Notes: a model not told the origin generated them from the letters alone. A stretch of 64,000 nucleotides of DNA from Oscillospiraceae bacterium (GCA_028720105.1 JAQYLI010000027.1:1184-65183); one strand, 5' to 3'; counted from the first letter of the stretch, positions 27,110 to 35,983 are shown. Numbers and translations are program-made.

Positions 27110-27138
27110 ATGATATCATATACGTCAGATTTTGTCAA
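27110..27138 (-). promoter_or_regulatory. Sigma-A promoter of the toxin mRNA
   Basis: Minus-strand TTGACA-N17-TATCAT with TG extension. Confidence 0.75.
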
Positions 27139-27193
27139 ATAAAACATCAAAAAATCCGCAGACCGTTTTAACACAGTCTGCGGACTTAAATCT

Positions 27194-27277
27194 TGGTGCG
27201 AGAGATGGGACTTGAACCCACACGTCAAAGACACACGCACCTCAAACGTGCCTGTCTGCCTATTCCAGCACTCTCGC
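27194..27277 (-). tRNA. tRNA-Leu (anticodon GAG)
   Basis: GCGAGAG acceptor stem, GGAATAGGCAGAC D-arm, CACGT-TTGAGGT-GCGTG anticodon arm, long variable arm, GTTCAAGTC, encoded CCA. Confidence 0.97.
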
Positions 27278-27314
27278 ATATTATCTGTCGGTTTCTTTAT
27301 CAACCGACTATGCT

Positions 27315-27343
27315 ATTATATCACATATAAATTCACTTGTCAA
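27315..27343 (-). promoter_or_regulatory. Sigma-A promoter of tRNA-Leu
   Basis: Minus-strand TTGACA-N17-TATAAT. Confidence 0.85.
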
Positions 27344-27558
27344 GAGTTTTTTTGAAATTTCTCAAAAAAATTTCTGAAGGTCAGAACGGCAAAAAAATAA
27401 AAGCGAAATTTTACGCCTTTACCCAAAGAAAAATATTGCAAATTTCAAGGAAATATATTATAATAAAAGAGAATACTGTTTTATGCGGCAGAAAGTTACG
27501 GGATTTGCCGCTGCAAAATGAATGTTTTTACAATTTTTTACATAAAGGAATGATAAAA

Positions 27559-29718
27559 ATGCCGAAAAGCAAAGCTCAGGGCGCTTCGGTGATCCGCAAG
27601 GCGCAGAAATCCCCCCAGGGCGAGAACGATATTTTCGCCCTTGACATAGGCACCCGAAACGTGGTGGGTGTAATCGGGCATATGGAGGACGGCGTTTTCA
27701 CGGTAAGCGAGGCAGTGTCCGTTCCTCACAAGCGCCGTGCTATGCTGGACGGTCAGATCGAGGATATTGTGGAGACTTCGAGGATCGTAAGTCAGGTGAA
27801 AGCCGCTCTTGAGGAAAAGGCTGAGATGACCCTTTCAAAGGTGGCTATCGCTGCCGCAGGACGCGCTCTTAAAACCAAGCGCGCTTCGGTGGAGACCGAG
27901 CTTGACGGCAGGGAGAGCATTACCGAGAATATGCTGAAATCTCTGGAGCTTGAAGCGGTGGCAAAGGCTCAGTCCGAGCTTGACAGCGACAGCACCGCTG
28001 ACGGTACAACCTTTTACTGCGTGGGTCACACCGTTATCAAATACGCTCTGGACGATTATCCCATAAAGAGCCTTTTAGGTCACAAGGGCAAAAAGGTGGA
28101 GGTGGAGCTTATCGCCGCATTCCTGCCCAGCCTTGTGGTGGAGAGCCTTTACACCGTTATGGATATGAACGGGCTGGACGTTTGCAGCCTGACCCTTGAG
28201 CCTATCGCCGCTATGAACGTGATAATCCCACCCGAGGTAAGGCTCATAAATATCGCTCTCGTTGATATCGGCGCAGGCACCACGGATATCGCCGTTTCCC
28301 GAAACGGCAGCATTGTGGCATATGCGATGGCTACCATTGCAGGCGACGAGATAACCGAGGATATCATTCAGAAATACCTTGTTGATTTTGAAACAGCGGA
28401 AAATATGAAGCTCACCCCTCCCGGCGAGGACGTAAGCTTTACGGATATTCTGGGCTTTGAGCATACAATAAAGTCGGACGAGTTTTTCTCGGGGCTTTTC
28501 CCCGCAGTTGACCAGCTTGCGGACACTATTGCGGATAATATTCTTGAAGCCAACGGCTCCGCTCCTGCGGCTGTGTTCCTTGTGGGCGGCGGAAGCCTTA
28601 TCCCCGAGCTTACCTCTCTTGTTGCCGAAAAGCTTGAGATACCCGAAAACCGTGTGGCAATAGGCGGTCAGAACTACCGCAAGAATATAAACCTCGGCAA
28701 GATGAAGATAACAGGTCCTGAGTTTGTTACCCCTATCGGAATTGGCATCACTGCCACTTTGCAGAAGGGCTACGAGTTCTCTCAGGTGACTCTCAACGGC
28801 GGAAAATTCCGCATTTTCGACACCAAGACCGTGACTGCCGCCGACCTGCTTATGAACGCAGGCTTCCAGACTCCTCAGATAATCGGAAAATCGGGAAGGG
28901 GACTTGTTTTCATCTTAAACGGCGAAAAGCAGAGCCTCAGAGGTGAGACATCAACTCCTGCGCAGATAATGGTAAACGGTCTTCCCGCAACCCTTGAATA
29001 CACCGTAAAGCCCGGTGACGATATCGAGTTTACCCCCGCCACAGTAGGCGCAAATGCCGCAGTTACCGTCAGCGACATTGCAGGTGAGGTGTTTACAAAG
29101 AAGATAATCATTGACGGCGAGGAATACACCTTCGGCAGAACTGTCCGTGCCAACGGAGCCGTTGTTTCGGGCAATTACAGCGTTCAGAATTACGATAATA
29201 TCGAAATAGAGTCCATAGAGACCCTTGGCGACCTTATAATGTCCCTGCCCTTTGACTGCTCGGGAATTGCCTTTTTCAAGAATGACAGGCTTATAAGGGA
29301 GGATTACGTTCTTGAGGAGAACGACGCCTTTGTTACAAAGGACAAACACTCGGCAAGGGAAAATCTTCCCAATGCCGCAAGGGATATCGCCCTCAAGGAC
29401 GAAAAGGCAAGCCGCACCGTCCAGACCCTTTCGGGAATACCTATGACTGCTCCCGAGCCTGCCCCTGCCGAACCTTCCGCCGAACCCGAAAGCCCCTCGG
29501 GCAGCATTACCGTTACCCTTAACGGCAGACCCACCCGTCTTGAAGCCCGTACCGACAATTCTCCTCACGAATTCATCGAGCTTATGGCTCTTGCGGATAT
29601 CGACATCAGCGACCCTCCTCCAAGCGGAAATATGATACTTACCCTGAACGGTCAGAACGCAAGCTTTATGGACGTTCTTCACGAGGGAGACAGTATTGTG
29701 ATAAAGTGGGAAACATAA
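27559..29718 (+). CDS. FtsA/PilM-like actin-fold ATPase with C-terminal beta-grasp-like repeats
   Basis: FALDIGTR, MLDGQIEDI, LEPIAA, LVDIGAGTTDIA, LVGGGS; four NG...D repeats; start after AAAGGA. Confidence 0.8.
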   Translation: MPKSKAQGASVIRKAQKSPQGENDIFALDIGTRNVVGVIGHMEDGVFTVSEAVSVPHKRRAMLDGQIEDIVETSRIVSQVKAALEEKAEMTLSKVAIAAAGRALKTKRASVETELDGRESITENMLKSLELEAVAKAQSELDSDSTADGTTFYCVGHTVIKYALDDYPIKSLLGHKGKKVEVELIAAFLPSLVVESLYTVMDMNGLDVCSLTLEPIAAMNVIIPPEVRLINIALVDIGAGTTDIAVSRNGSIVAYAMATIAGDEITEDIIQKYLVDFETAENMKLTPPGEDVSFTDILGFEHTIKSDEFFSGLFPAVDQLADTIADNILEANGSAPAAVFLVGGGSLIPELTSLVAEKLEIPENRVAIGGQNYRKNINLGKMKITGPEFVTPIGIGITATLQKGYEFSQVTLNGGKFRIFDTKTVTAADLLMNAGFQTPQIIGKSGRGLVFILNGEKQSLRGETSTPAQIMVNGLPATLEYTVKPGDDIEFTPATVGANAAVTVSDIAGEVFTKKIIIDGEEYTFGRTVRANGAVVSGNYSVQNYDNIEIESIETLGDLIMSLPFDCSGIAFFKNDRLIREDYVLEENDAFVTKDKHSARENLPNAARDIALKDEKASRTVQTLSGIPMTAPEPAPAEPSAEPESPSGSITVTLNGRPTRLEARTDNSPHEFIELMALADIDISDPPPSGNMILTLNGQNASFMDVLHEGDSIVIKWET

Positions 29719-29725
29719 ATAAAAA

Positions 29726-29760
29726 TACGGCTCCGTTCATCTGTTTTGATGAACGGAGCC
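29726..29760. terminator. Bidirectional terminator
   Basis: GGCTCCGTTCATC / GATGAACGGAGCC stem. Confidence 0.8.
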
Positions 29761-29767
29761 TGATTTT

Positions 29768-31033
29768 TCAGAAATGCATACCTTTGCCGATATAAAGCGG
29801 TTCAAAGCTTGTTTTCAGCTCGTGGGCGATCTCGTTTATGCTTCGTGCGGACTTTCCGCCGTCAACGCTCAGGGTAACGAATTTTTCGATATCATAGCTT
29901 TCGCAGATGTATTCTATCATCTTCTGCTTGCCTGCATTTTTGTTGTATATCTTGATGTAGGCATAGCCCTTGTAATCGTCCGAAGGATAGGTTATTATTT
30001 TAAGATGCTCCCCGAAGCTTTTCATAAGTTCTTCATAAAGAGCGGAAATTTTATCCTCCCTGTCAACTATCATAATATATATGACTCTGTCCTCGGGAGA
30101 GGGGAGACGGTTTACATAGTTTCGGTAGGGTGATCTTTTCAGAGATGTGTAGATAGACTGCTCTGCCTCGTTTTTCAGATCGTCGTAATATATCATCAGA
30201 TTATCGCCGCAGAGGGCGTTGGTGAACATATTCATATCACGGCTCTTTACAATTCCCCGTATCCTTTCGCAGGTGCTGTCGGAGATGATATACGCCATAA
30301 CATAGCTGTTTTCCTTGATATCGTACAGGGCTGCGCCGTTCATCACGATAACGGGCAGCTTCATTTTTACATCCGCAAGTATCTCGGTTATGGCTCCGGG
30401 AGTGCGCATTGTGGCAAGGGTGAAATTTGCGCCGTCCGACAGCATACGGTTTATCTCCACCTTTGAATATGGCGTCAGCCGTTCGTTTACGGGGGAGAGC
30501 ATATCGTCAAGCTCGGCGGCGAAAAGGGTGTCCTTTATCCGCTTCCTCGGCAGCCTTACGGAATTTACTGCAATTCCTGCGCCTATGCCGATAAAGGTGT
30601 CAAGCACTCTGTTTAAAACAAACAGAAACGGGTTGCTGTCCGTCATATGTATTACCGTAATGGACAGGAAAACCACGCAGGAAAAATAGCTTGCGTTCTT
30701 TTTGTCAAGCACCACCGTGGTGTATATAACGGGGATTATCATCAGGGCTATGAACGCATATCCCAAAAGCGTGTCATAAATGGGAACGGCGTATATCTCA
30801 AAAGCTATGGTGATAAGCCCGAACAGTGCTCCCACAAAGGTGCCTGCGGTGCGCTGTGCCGCCATTTTCAGGGTGCTTTCCGAATAGGGCTGTATGCACC
30901 ACAGTACGGCAAGCATCGAATAAAAGGGTATGCCGCCCTTTCCCCTTAGAAAAAATACCACGCCACACAGAAAAACTCCTGCGGCGGATTTTAATATGCG
31001 GTTTCCGATAGGCGGCAGAGATGTTTTTTTCAT
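29768..31033 (-). CDS. FUSC/aromatic-acid-exporter membrane domain fused to a degenerate Cof-like HAD domain
   Basis: IG.RILKS, R..GT.VGA, NRVLDTFIGI; ELDDML, TLATMR, PVIVMNGAALYD. Confidence 0.75.
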   Translation of the reverse strand: MKKTSLPPIGNRILKSAAGVFLCGVVFFLRGKGGIPFYSMLAVLWCIQPYSESTLKMAAQRTAGTFVGALFGLITIAFEIYAVPIYDTLLGYAFIALMIIPVIYTTVVLDKKNASYFSCVVFLSITVIHMTDSNPFLFVLNRVLDTFIGIGAGIAVNSVRLPRKRIKDTLFAAELDDMLSPVNERLTPYSKVEINRMLSDGANFTLATMRTPGAITEILADVKMKLPVIVMNGAALYDIKENSYVMAYIISDSTCERIRGIVKSRDMNMFTNALCGDNLMIYYDDLKNEAEQSIYTSLKRSPYRNYVNRLPSPEDRVIYIMIVDREDKISALYEELMKSFGEHLKIITYPSDDYKGYAYIKIYNKNAGKQKMIEYICESYDIEKFVTLSVDGGKSARSINEIAHELKTSFEPLYIGKGMHF

Positions 31034-31956
31034 ATGCTGATTATCTTGTAAAGCACGCTTTTTTCAAATTCAAGAGGACGGTTGTAGGTGAAAAATACTA
31101 TTCCGTTTACGGGGGCGAAAATTCGGGAAATGACCTCCCCTTCAAGTGGGTCTATTATCTCGCAGAGCAGGTCGCCCTTGCGTATCTCGTCACCGGGGCG
31201 CACAAAGCTTTTGCATATTCCTGCACAAGGGGAATGTATCTGTATAAGACCCCGTTCGTCCACTATCTCGGTAACGCTGCCCCCTGTGACCTTTGTCGTA
31301 ATAATGCCCCGCTTTACCATAAAGCGGATAACCGCGTCCACAGCAATTTTGGCGGAAGCCTCGTCAATGTGGTCGGTGGCGTTTGTGTAAACGGAGAATG
31401 CCTTTGTTTCCCACACCTGCCAGTTGTAGTTGAGGGTGGTGGTATCATAGGGACGGGGAGTTCTGACAAATGCATAGGGAAGACCGAAATCTATCATATC
31501 ATTATGGTCGGTGAAGCCCGTTTCCATAAGCTTTACGTGGGGGAGAAAATCTCCCTGCTGATAGAAGCTCGCAAGCTGAACGCCATAAGTATAGCCCTGT
31601 ATCTCCTTGAAAAGTCCGTCGGCAATTCGCTGGGTGGTCTCGCCAAGGTCATAGCCGGGGAACATTCGGTTAATATCCGTGTTGTCCATAGTCCAGAAGC
31701 GCTTGCCTATGTTCATTGAATAATAATTCACGCAGGGAACTATCATTATTTCCTTGCCGCTGCAAATGCTGCCTTCACGCTCAAGCTCTTTGAGTCTCTT
31801 TACAAGCTGGGAGCAGACGTACATCTGCTGTATCTCGTTTCCTCTCATTGCGCCCACAACGCATATTGCCTTTTCGCCGCTGCCGAATTTAAATCCCGTT
31901 ACCTCCATAGGCTGACGATAGGGGGAACGTATGGAGTATAATACCTGCTTACGCAT
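31030..31956 (-). CDS. M14 succinylglutamate desuccinylase/aspartoacylase-like protein (Zn ligands altered)
   Basis: GAMRGNE, DINRMFPG, QLAS; C-terminal lipoyl-like domain. Confidence 0.82.
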   Translation of the reverse strand: MRKQVLYSIRSPYRQPMEVTGFKFGSGEKAICVVGAMRGNEIQQMYVCSQLVKRLKELEREGSICSGKEIMIVPCVNYYSMNIGKRFWTMDNTDINRMFPGYDLGETTQRIADGLFKEIQGYTYGVQLASFYQQGDFLPHVKLMETGFTDHNDMIDFGLPYAFVRTPRPYDTTTLNYNWQVWETKAFSVYTNATDHIDEASAKIAVDAVIRFMVKRGIITTKVTGGSVTEIVDERGLIQIHSPCAGICKSFVRPGDEIRKGDLLCEIIDPLEGEVISRIFAPVNGIVFFTYNRPLEFEKSVLYKIISI

Positions 31957-32887
31957 TGCAATCACCTCCAAGAATTCTGGCAATAAGTGAGCCGCCGTAA
32001 ACGATGGGAAATTCTCGGAGCGTAAATATCCTGCCGCTGCAGGGAGCGGTCACATATTCCTCAAGTCTGCCCGTTGCAGGGTCAAGGACATCGCCTATGT
32101 GTTCGCCTTTCTCTATATCCACCCAGTGTTCAACACAGGGCACAAAAATACCGTCTGCACCGCTGTTTACAAATTCCACCGCTCTTTCTCCCGAAACTAT
32201 AGGCTCTCTTACTGGCTCTGTTTTTCCCGACCACATTCCGAGATTTTTAAGCAGATTAAAAATTCCTGCGGTAAGCTGACGGCAGTATTCTCTTGTTATT
32301 CTCATTCCCACGCCCATTTCTACCACAAGAGTCTTTGTGCCTGTGGTGTTAAGGCTGTAGGCAAGGGTGCTTTCAAGCACAGTTGCCGAGGAATGTATCC
32401 ATATAAAATCACAGCCAAGCATTTTTGCATAGGGCAGAAGCTCCTCTGCGCTCAGCTCGTTTATCCGTATCTGAGGTATCTCCTTGAGATAGATATTGCT
32501 TGAATGGATATCTATGCAGATATCCGCGCCGCTTATATCCTTTATGATATCTGCGGCAAGGCACTCCGCCATTGTTCCCTCGGCGGTGCCCGGGAATATC
32601 CTGTTCATATCAAGGTCGAAAAGGGGTATGCCCCTTGTGATGCTGTCCACTCCCAGAGGATTGAGGGCGGGGTAGATATCCACCACGCCGCAAAGCTTTG
32701 ATAGATTTTCCGAAAGCACACGTGCAAGCTCTGCGCAGACATACTGACCCTCCAGCTCATCGCCGTGGGTGCCCGTTACTATGCAGACCCTTTTGCCGTT
32801 ATTTTCTCCCTCTCCCGTAATTCTGTTTCTGCGTATCTCAATTCGTTCGTTGACCGCAAGACCTGCGCTTGCTATTACCGTTGTCAT
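31949..32887 (-). CDS. M14 succinylglutamate desuccinylase/aspartoacylase-like peptidase
   Basis: GTHGDELEG, DMNRIFPG, DIHSS, VVEMG. Confidence 0.88.
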   Translation of the reverse strand: MTTVIASAGLAVNERIEIRRNRITGEGENNGKRVCIVTGTHGDELEGQYVCAELARVLSENLSKLCGVVDIYPALNPLGVDSITRGIPLFDLDMNRIFPGTAEGTMAECLAADIIKDISGADICIDIHSSNIYLKEIPQIRINELSAEELLPYAKMLGCDFIWIHSSATVLESTLAYSLNTTGTKTLVVEMGVGMRITREYCRQLTAGIFNLLKNLGMWSGKTEPVREPIVSGERAVEFVNSGADGIFVPCVEHWVDIEKGEHIGDVLDPATGRLEEYVTAPCSGRIFTLREFPIVYGGSLIARILGGDCNA

Positions 32888-32925
32888 AACTTTAGAATTT
32901 TCCTTTCCCTGAATTTTTGCTAAAT

Positions 32926-33702
32926 TTAGTTGTCTGTTACTCTTGAAGAAATTGTCTGAATGCTGCCTGCGTTTCCGAGATAAATCCCCCGTTCAATGGG
33001 GCAGTCGGAGTAATCCCTGCCGTGGCACAGCTTGATGTAGCAGTCTCCGATAAGGCGGTTGTGAGTGGGGTCTATGCCTATCCACCGTGAGCCGTCGTTT
33101 ACCTCCACCCAGGCGTGGGTCTCCCCGCACTCAAAGGCAAGCCCCGACACATAGCGGCTTCGTATACCGTCCATACGAAGTAGCGCAAGGAGGATATGGG
33201 CATAGTCCTGACATACTCCGACCCTGCCTGCCATTGCCTCCTCCGCAGTCGTACCTACTTTGGTGACTCCACGCTCATAGGTCATAGCCTTATACACGCT
33301 TTCCGAAAGCCCCACCGCTCTTGTGAGCAGGTCGGCACTTTCGGAAGCATTCTCCTTGTAAAATGCGGCAATATTTTCACCCGGCACCGTTAATGGCGAA
33401 CTGAAGCGGTAAAACTCGGGAGCGGTCCCGTAGCTTTCGCAGGAATTAAGTATCTGCGTTTCGCCCGTTACCTTGAAGGCAAACTCGTTATGTGGCTCGT
33501 CCATTCGTCCGCAGATAAGCATATTGCCGAAGCTGTCGCGGCTGCGCCATATGCTGCCCGTTTTCGGAAGTATCTCGCAGACGGGCTCCGTTATTACCTG
33601 TCTGCCGTCAGAAAAGGGCACGCAGCGCAGCGTAAAGGAATGTGATGTTACGCTGCGTGTAAATTCAAGCTTTGTTTCATATTCAAACCGAAGCCGTTTC
33701 AA
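32926..33702 (-). CDS. Transglutaminase-like protein
   Basis: GVCQDYAH, HAWVEV, DPTH catalytic triad; N-terminal RDSFGN motif. Confidence 0.92.
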   Translation of the reverse strand: MKRLRFEYETKLEFTRSVTSHSFTLRCVPFSDGRQVITEPVCEILPKTGSIWRSRDSFGNMLICGRMDEPHNEFAFKVTGETQILNSCESYGTAPEFYRFSSPLTVPGENIAAFYKENASESADLLTRAVGLSESVYKAMTYERGVTKVGTTAEEAMAGRVGVCQDYAHILLALLRMDGIRSRYVSGLAFECGETHAWVEVNDGSRWIGIDPTHNRLIGDCYIKLCHGRDYSDCPIERGIYLGNAGSIQTISSRVTDN

Positions 33703-34387
33703 TGAAGTTCACCTCAACAAGTCTTTCAATATTGTCAATAAGCTCTGCCCTTTTTCCTCTGTAATCACGGCTCTGAGCCGCAGCTTTAAGGGCTTCAAAG
33801 GCAGGAACGCTGATAATGCTGTTGTCTCCGTACCTTGAAACGTGCTTTATGAGATTGTCAAGCTCGGCGGAAATATCCTCCGCAGGGTAGCCCAGACGGA
33901 GAAACATATCCGCACGCTCTACCGATTTTCCAAGGTGGATAACTCTGAGAGCCTCGGCATTGGTCATATTGTTGTCAACGCTGCCCCAGAAAGCGTAAAT
34001 TGCGTCTCTTACGGGGAGCATATCATAGCGTATCTTGTCCGTTCCCTCGCAGGACTTGAACTTGTCCATAGCCATTTGGAGATAGGACAGTGAGGGAGTT
34101 TTTATCTCCTCTCTGAGGACAATACCGTTGTCCAGCGCCCTGTCAAGATTTGAGATTATGGAGTTGGCGTCTGACATATCGAATACATAGCGGCGGAAAA
34201 AGTCCTCCGAGTCTTTGTAGATATCGGGAACGTTTATATCCGCAAGATATTTTTCATATGCCTCCTGACCGCCCTCGATAAACCTGTCAGCGTATTTGAA
34301 AAAGCTGTTCAGAGTCGTAAAAACTCTCTCAACATATCTTCCCAGCCAGAAGAGATTGTTTATATTTATTCTGGTAATAGCACCCAT
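33683..34387 (-). CDS. Alpha-E domain protein
   Basis: LFWLGRYVER and HLGKSVERAD ER motifs. Confidence 0.9.
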   Translation of the reverse strand: MGAITRININNLFWLGRYVERVFTTLNSFFKYADRFIEGGQEAYEKYLADINVPDIYKDSEDFFRRYVFDMSDANSIISNLDRALDNGIVLREEIKTPSLSYLQMAMDKFKSCEGTDKIRYDMLPVRDAIYAFWGSVDNNMTNAEALRVIHLGKSVERADMFLRLGYPAEDISAELDNLIKHVSRYGDNSIISVPAFEALKAAAQSRDYRGKRAELIDNIERLVEVNFIETASV

Positions 34388-35691
34388 GTGTCTTTAAAAC
34401 CTCCGCCCTGTGATGAATTTACAACGAATGAATCTGCCTGCCTTGAGAAACGGGTCAGACCGCTTGCCCATACTCTTGTTTTGTCTCCGCTGAGCACAAA
34501 GGCTCTCAGATCTGCCTTGCGCATTACGGTCTCGCCGTTTTCGGCAACTTCAAGGTCAATGAAATCAATGACCTCCTGAGCAATGAACCGCCTTGACTGC
34601 TCGGTAATGAGCTTTCTCCAGTCAGAAAGCTGTTCCTTTGTCATATCCCTGCCGAATACAACGCCATAGCCGCCTGCTTCGGAAACGTCCTTGACTACAA
34701 GCTTTTCAAGATTGTCAAGCACATATTTCCTGTCCTCCTCGTAGAAAGGAAGATATGTGGGGGCGTTTTTCAGGATAGGCTCCTCGCCCAGATAATACTT
34801 TATCATTTTGGGAACGAAATAGTAAATGCCCTTGTCGTCCGCAACGCCGTTTCCGGGAGCGTTTATTATCGCCACATTGCCCGCACGGTATGCGTCCATA
34901 ATATGAGGAACGCCGATAAGGGACTCGGGCAGGAATGTGAGGGGGTCCAGATACTCGTCGGAAATACGGCGGTAGACCGCTCCCACTCTTGTTTTTCCGC
35001 CCCTGTAATCCTTCATATAGAGGATATTGTCCTCCACGAAAAGGTCGGTGTTCTGAACAAGAACAGCTCCCGTTTTTTCCGCAAGATAGCTGTGCTCAAA
35101 GTATGCGGCATTGTATCTGCCGGGGGTGAGAATAACGTTTATGCCGCCGCAGTTAACATAGTCCATTGTGCTTCTGAGCAAGGAGGCATAGTTGCGGTTA
35201 TCAGCAATGCGGCTGTTCTCGAACACTTCGGGACTTGTCATTCGGCAAAGCTCCCTTGCGATAAGGGGATAGCTGGCTCCCGAGGGGATACGCAGATTGT
35301 CCTCAAGTATGTACCAGGTGCCGTCCTTTGCCTGAACAAGGTCTATGCCCGAAATGTGGCTGTAAATCCCCTTTGGCGGCGCAACTCCTGCACAGGGTGC
35401 AAGATATCCCTTTGAGATATAAACAAAGTCCTCGGGGACAATGCCGTCCTTTATTATCTTTCCCTCAGAATAGATATCTTTCAGGAACATATTAAGGGCG
35501 TCAACCCTCTGTACAAGTCCCTTTTCGATATCCGCAAAATCCTCGGCGGTGATTATTCTGGGAATGGCGTCAAAGGGAAAAAGCTGCTCCTTGAAGGTTC
35601 CGTGCTTGTAAATTCCGAATTTTACTCCGTATCGTGCAAGAAGCTCGTTTATCTCTCTTGCATCTGCAACAGGTGTGTTCATAGCATTCAT
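34366..35691 (-). CDS. Circularly permuted type 2 ATP-grasp protein
   Basis: FPFDAIPRII, ILEDNLRIPSGASY, NAAYFEHSYLA, NAPGNGVADDK, GGYG, DLR, VNSSQGGGFKDTW. Confidence 0.95.
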   Translation of the reverse strand: MNAMNTPVADAREINELLARYGVKFGIYKHGTFKEQLFPFDAIPRIITAEDFADIEKGLVQRVDALNMFLKDIYSEGKIIKDGIVPEDFVYISKGYLAPCAGVAPPKGIYSHISGIDLVQAKDGTWYILEDNLRIPSGASYPLIARELCRMTSPEVFENSRIADNRNYASLLRSTMDYVNCGGINVILTPGRYNAAYFEHSYLAEKTGAVLVQNTDLFVEDNILYMKDYRGGKTRVGAVYRRISDEYLDPLTFLPESLIGVPHIMDAYRAGNVAIINAPGNGVADDKGIYYFVPKMIKYYLGEEPILKNAPTYLPFYEEDRKYVLDNLEKLVVKDVSEAGGYGVVFGRDMTKEQLSDWRKLITEQSRRFIAQEVIDFIDLEVAENGETVMRKADLRAFVLSGDKTRVWASGLTRFSRQADSFVVNSSQGGGFKDTWVLLPE

Positions 35692-35699
35692 CTCTTTTC

Positions 35700-35746
35700 A
35701 AAAATAAAAGAAAAGGCGGTTCCAAACTCGGAAACGCCTTTGTTTC
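35700..35746 (-). promoter_or_regulatory. Leader terminator overlapped by an ANTAR-like hairpin (attenuator)
   Basis: Minus strand GAAAC-AAAGGC-GTTTC overlaps the 5' arm of AAAGGCGTTTCC-GAGTTT-GGAACCGCCTTTTCTTTT. Confidence 0.6.
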
Positions 35747-35757
35747 TCCATATTTAA

Positions 35758-35786
35758 ATAATATCACCTTTTTACGGATATGTCAA
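35758..35786 (-). promoter_or_regulatory. Sigma-A promoter of the ATP-grasp operon
   Basis: Minus-strand TTGACA-N17-TATTAT with TG extension. Confidence 0.7.
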
Positions 35787-35954
35787 TTGCAAAAATGACG
35801 GAATTTTCTTTTATAATTGCATTTATGTGGTATGATTCGACTAAAATAATATATTTTCACATAAATATGAATTATTTGGTTTATAAACTTGCATATTTTC
35901 GTAATATAATCTGTGGTGTAAACACTGAATAAGAAAATTTGTTCATTCTGCATA

Positions 35955-35983
35955 TTGACAAGTTGACACTTTTGTGCTATAAT
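35955..35983 (+). promoter_or_regulatory. Consensus sigma-A promoter with no credible downstream gene
   Basis: TTGACA-N17-TATAAT with TG extension. Confidence 0.6.

Noticed and set aside
27150-27200. tRNA 3' end as an integration (att) site
   Set aside because: No duplicate of the tRNA 3' end and no integrase seen in the window
27067-27303. 78-aa minus-strand ORF
   Set aside because: Overlaps tRNA-Leu; spurious
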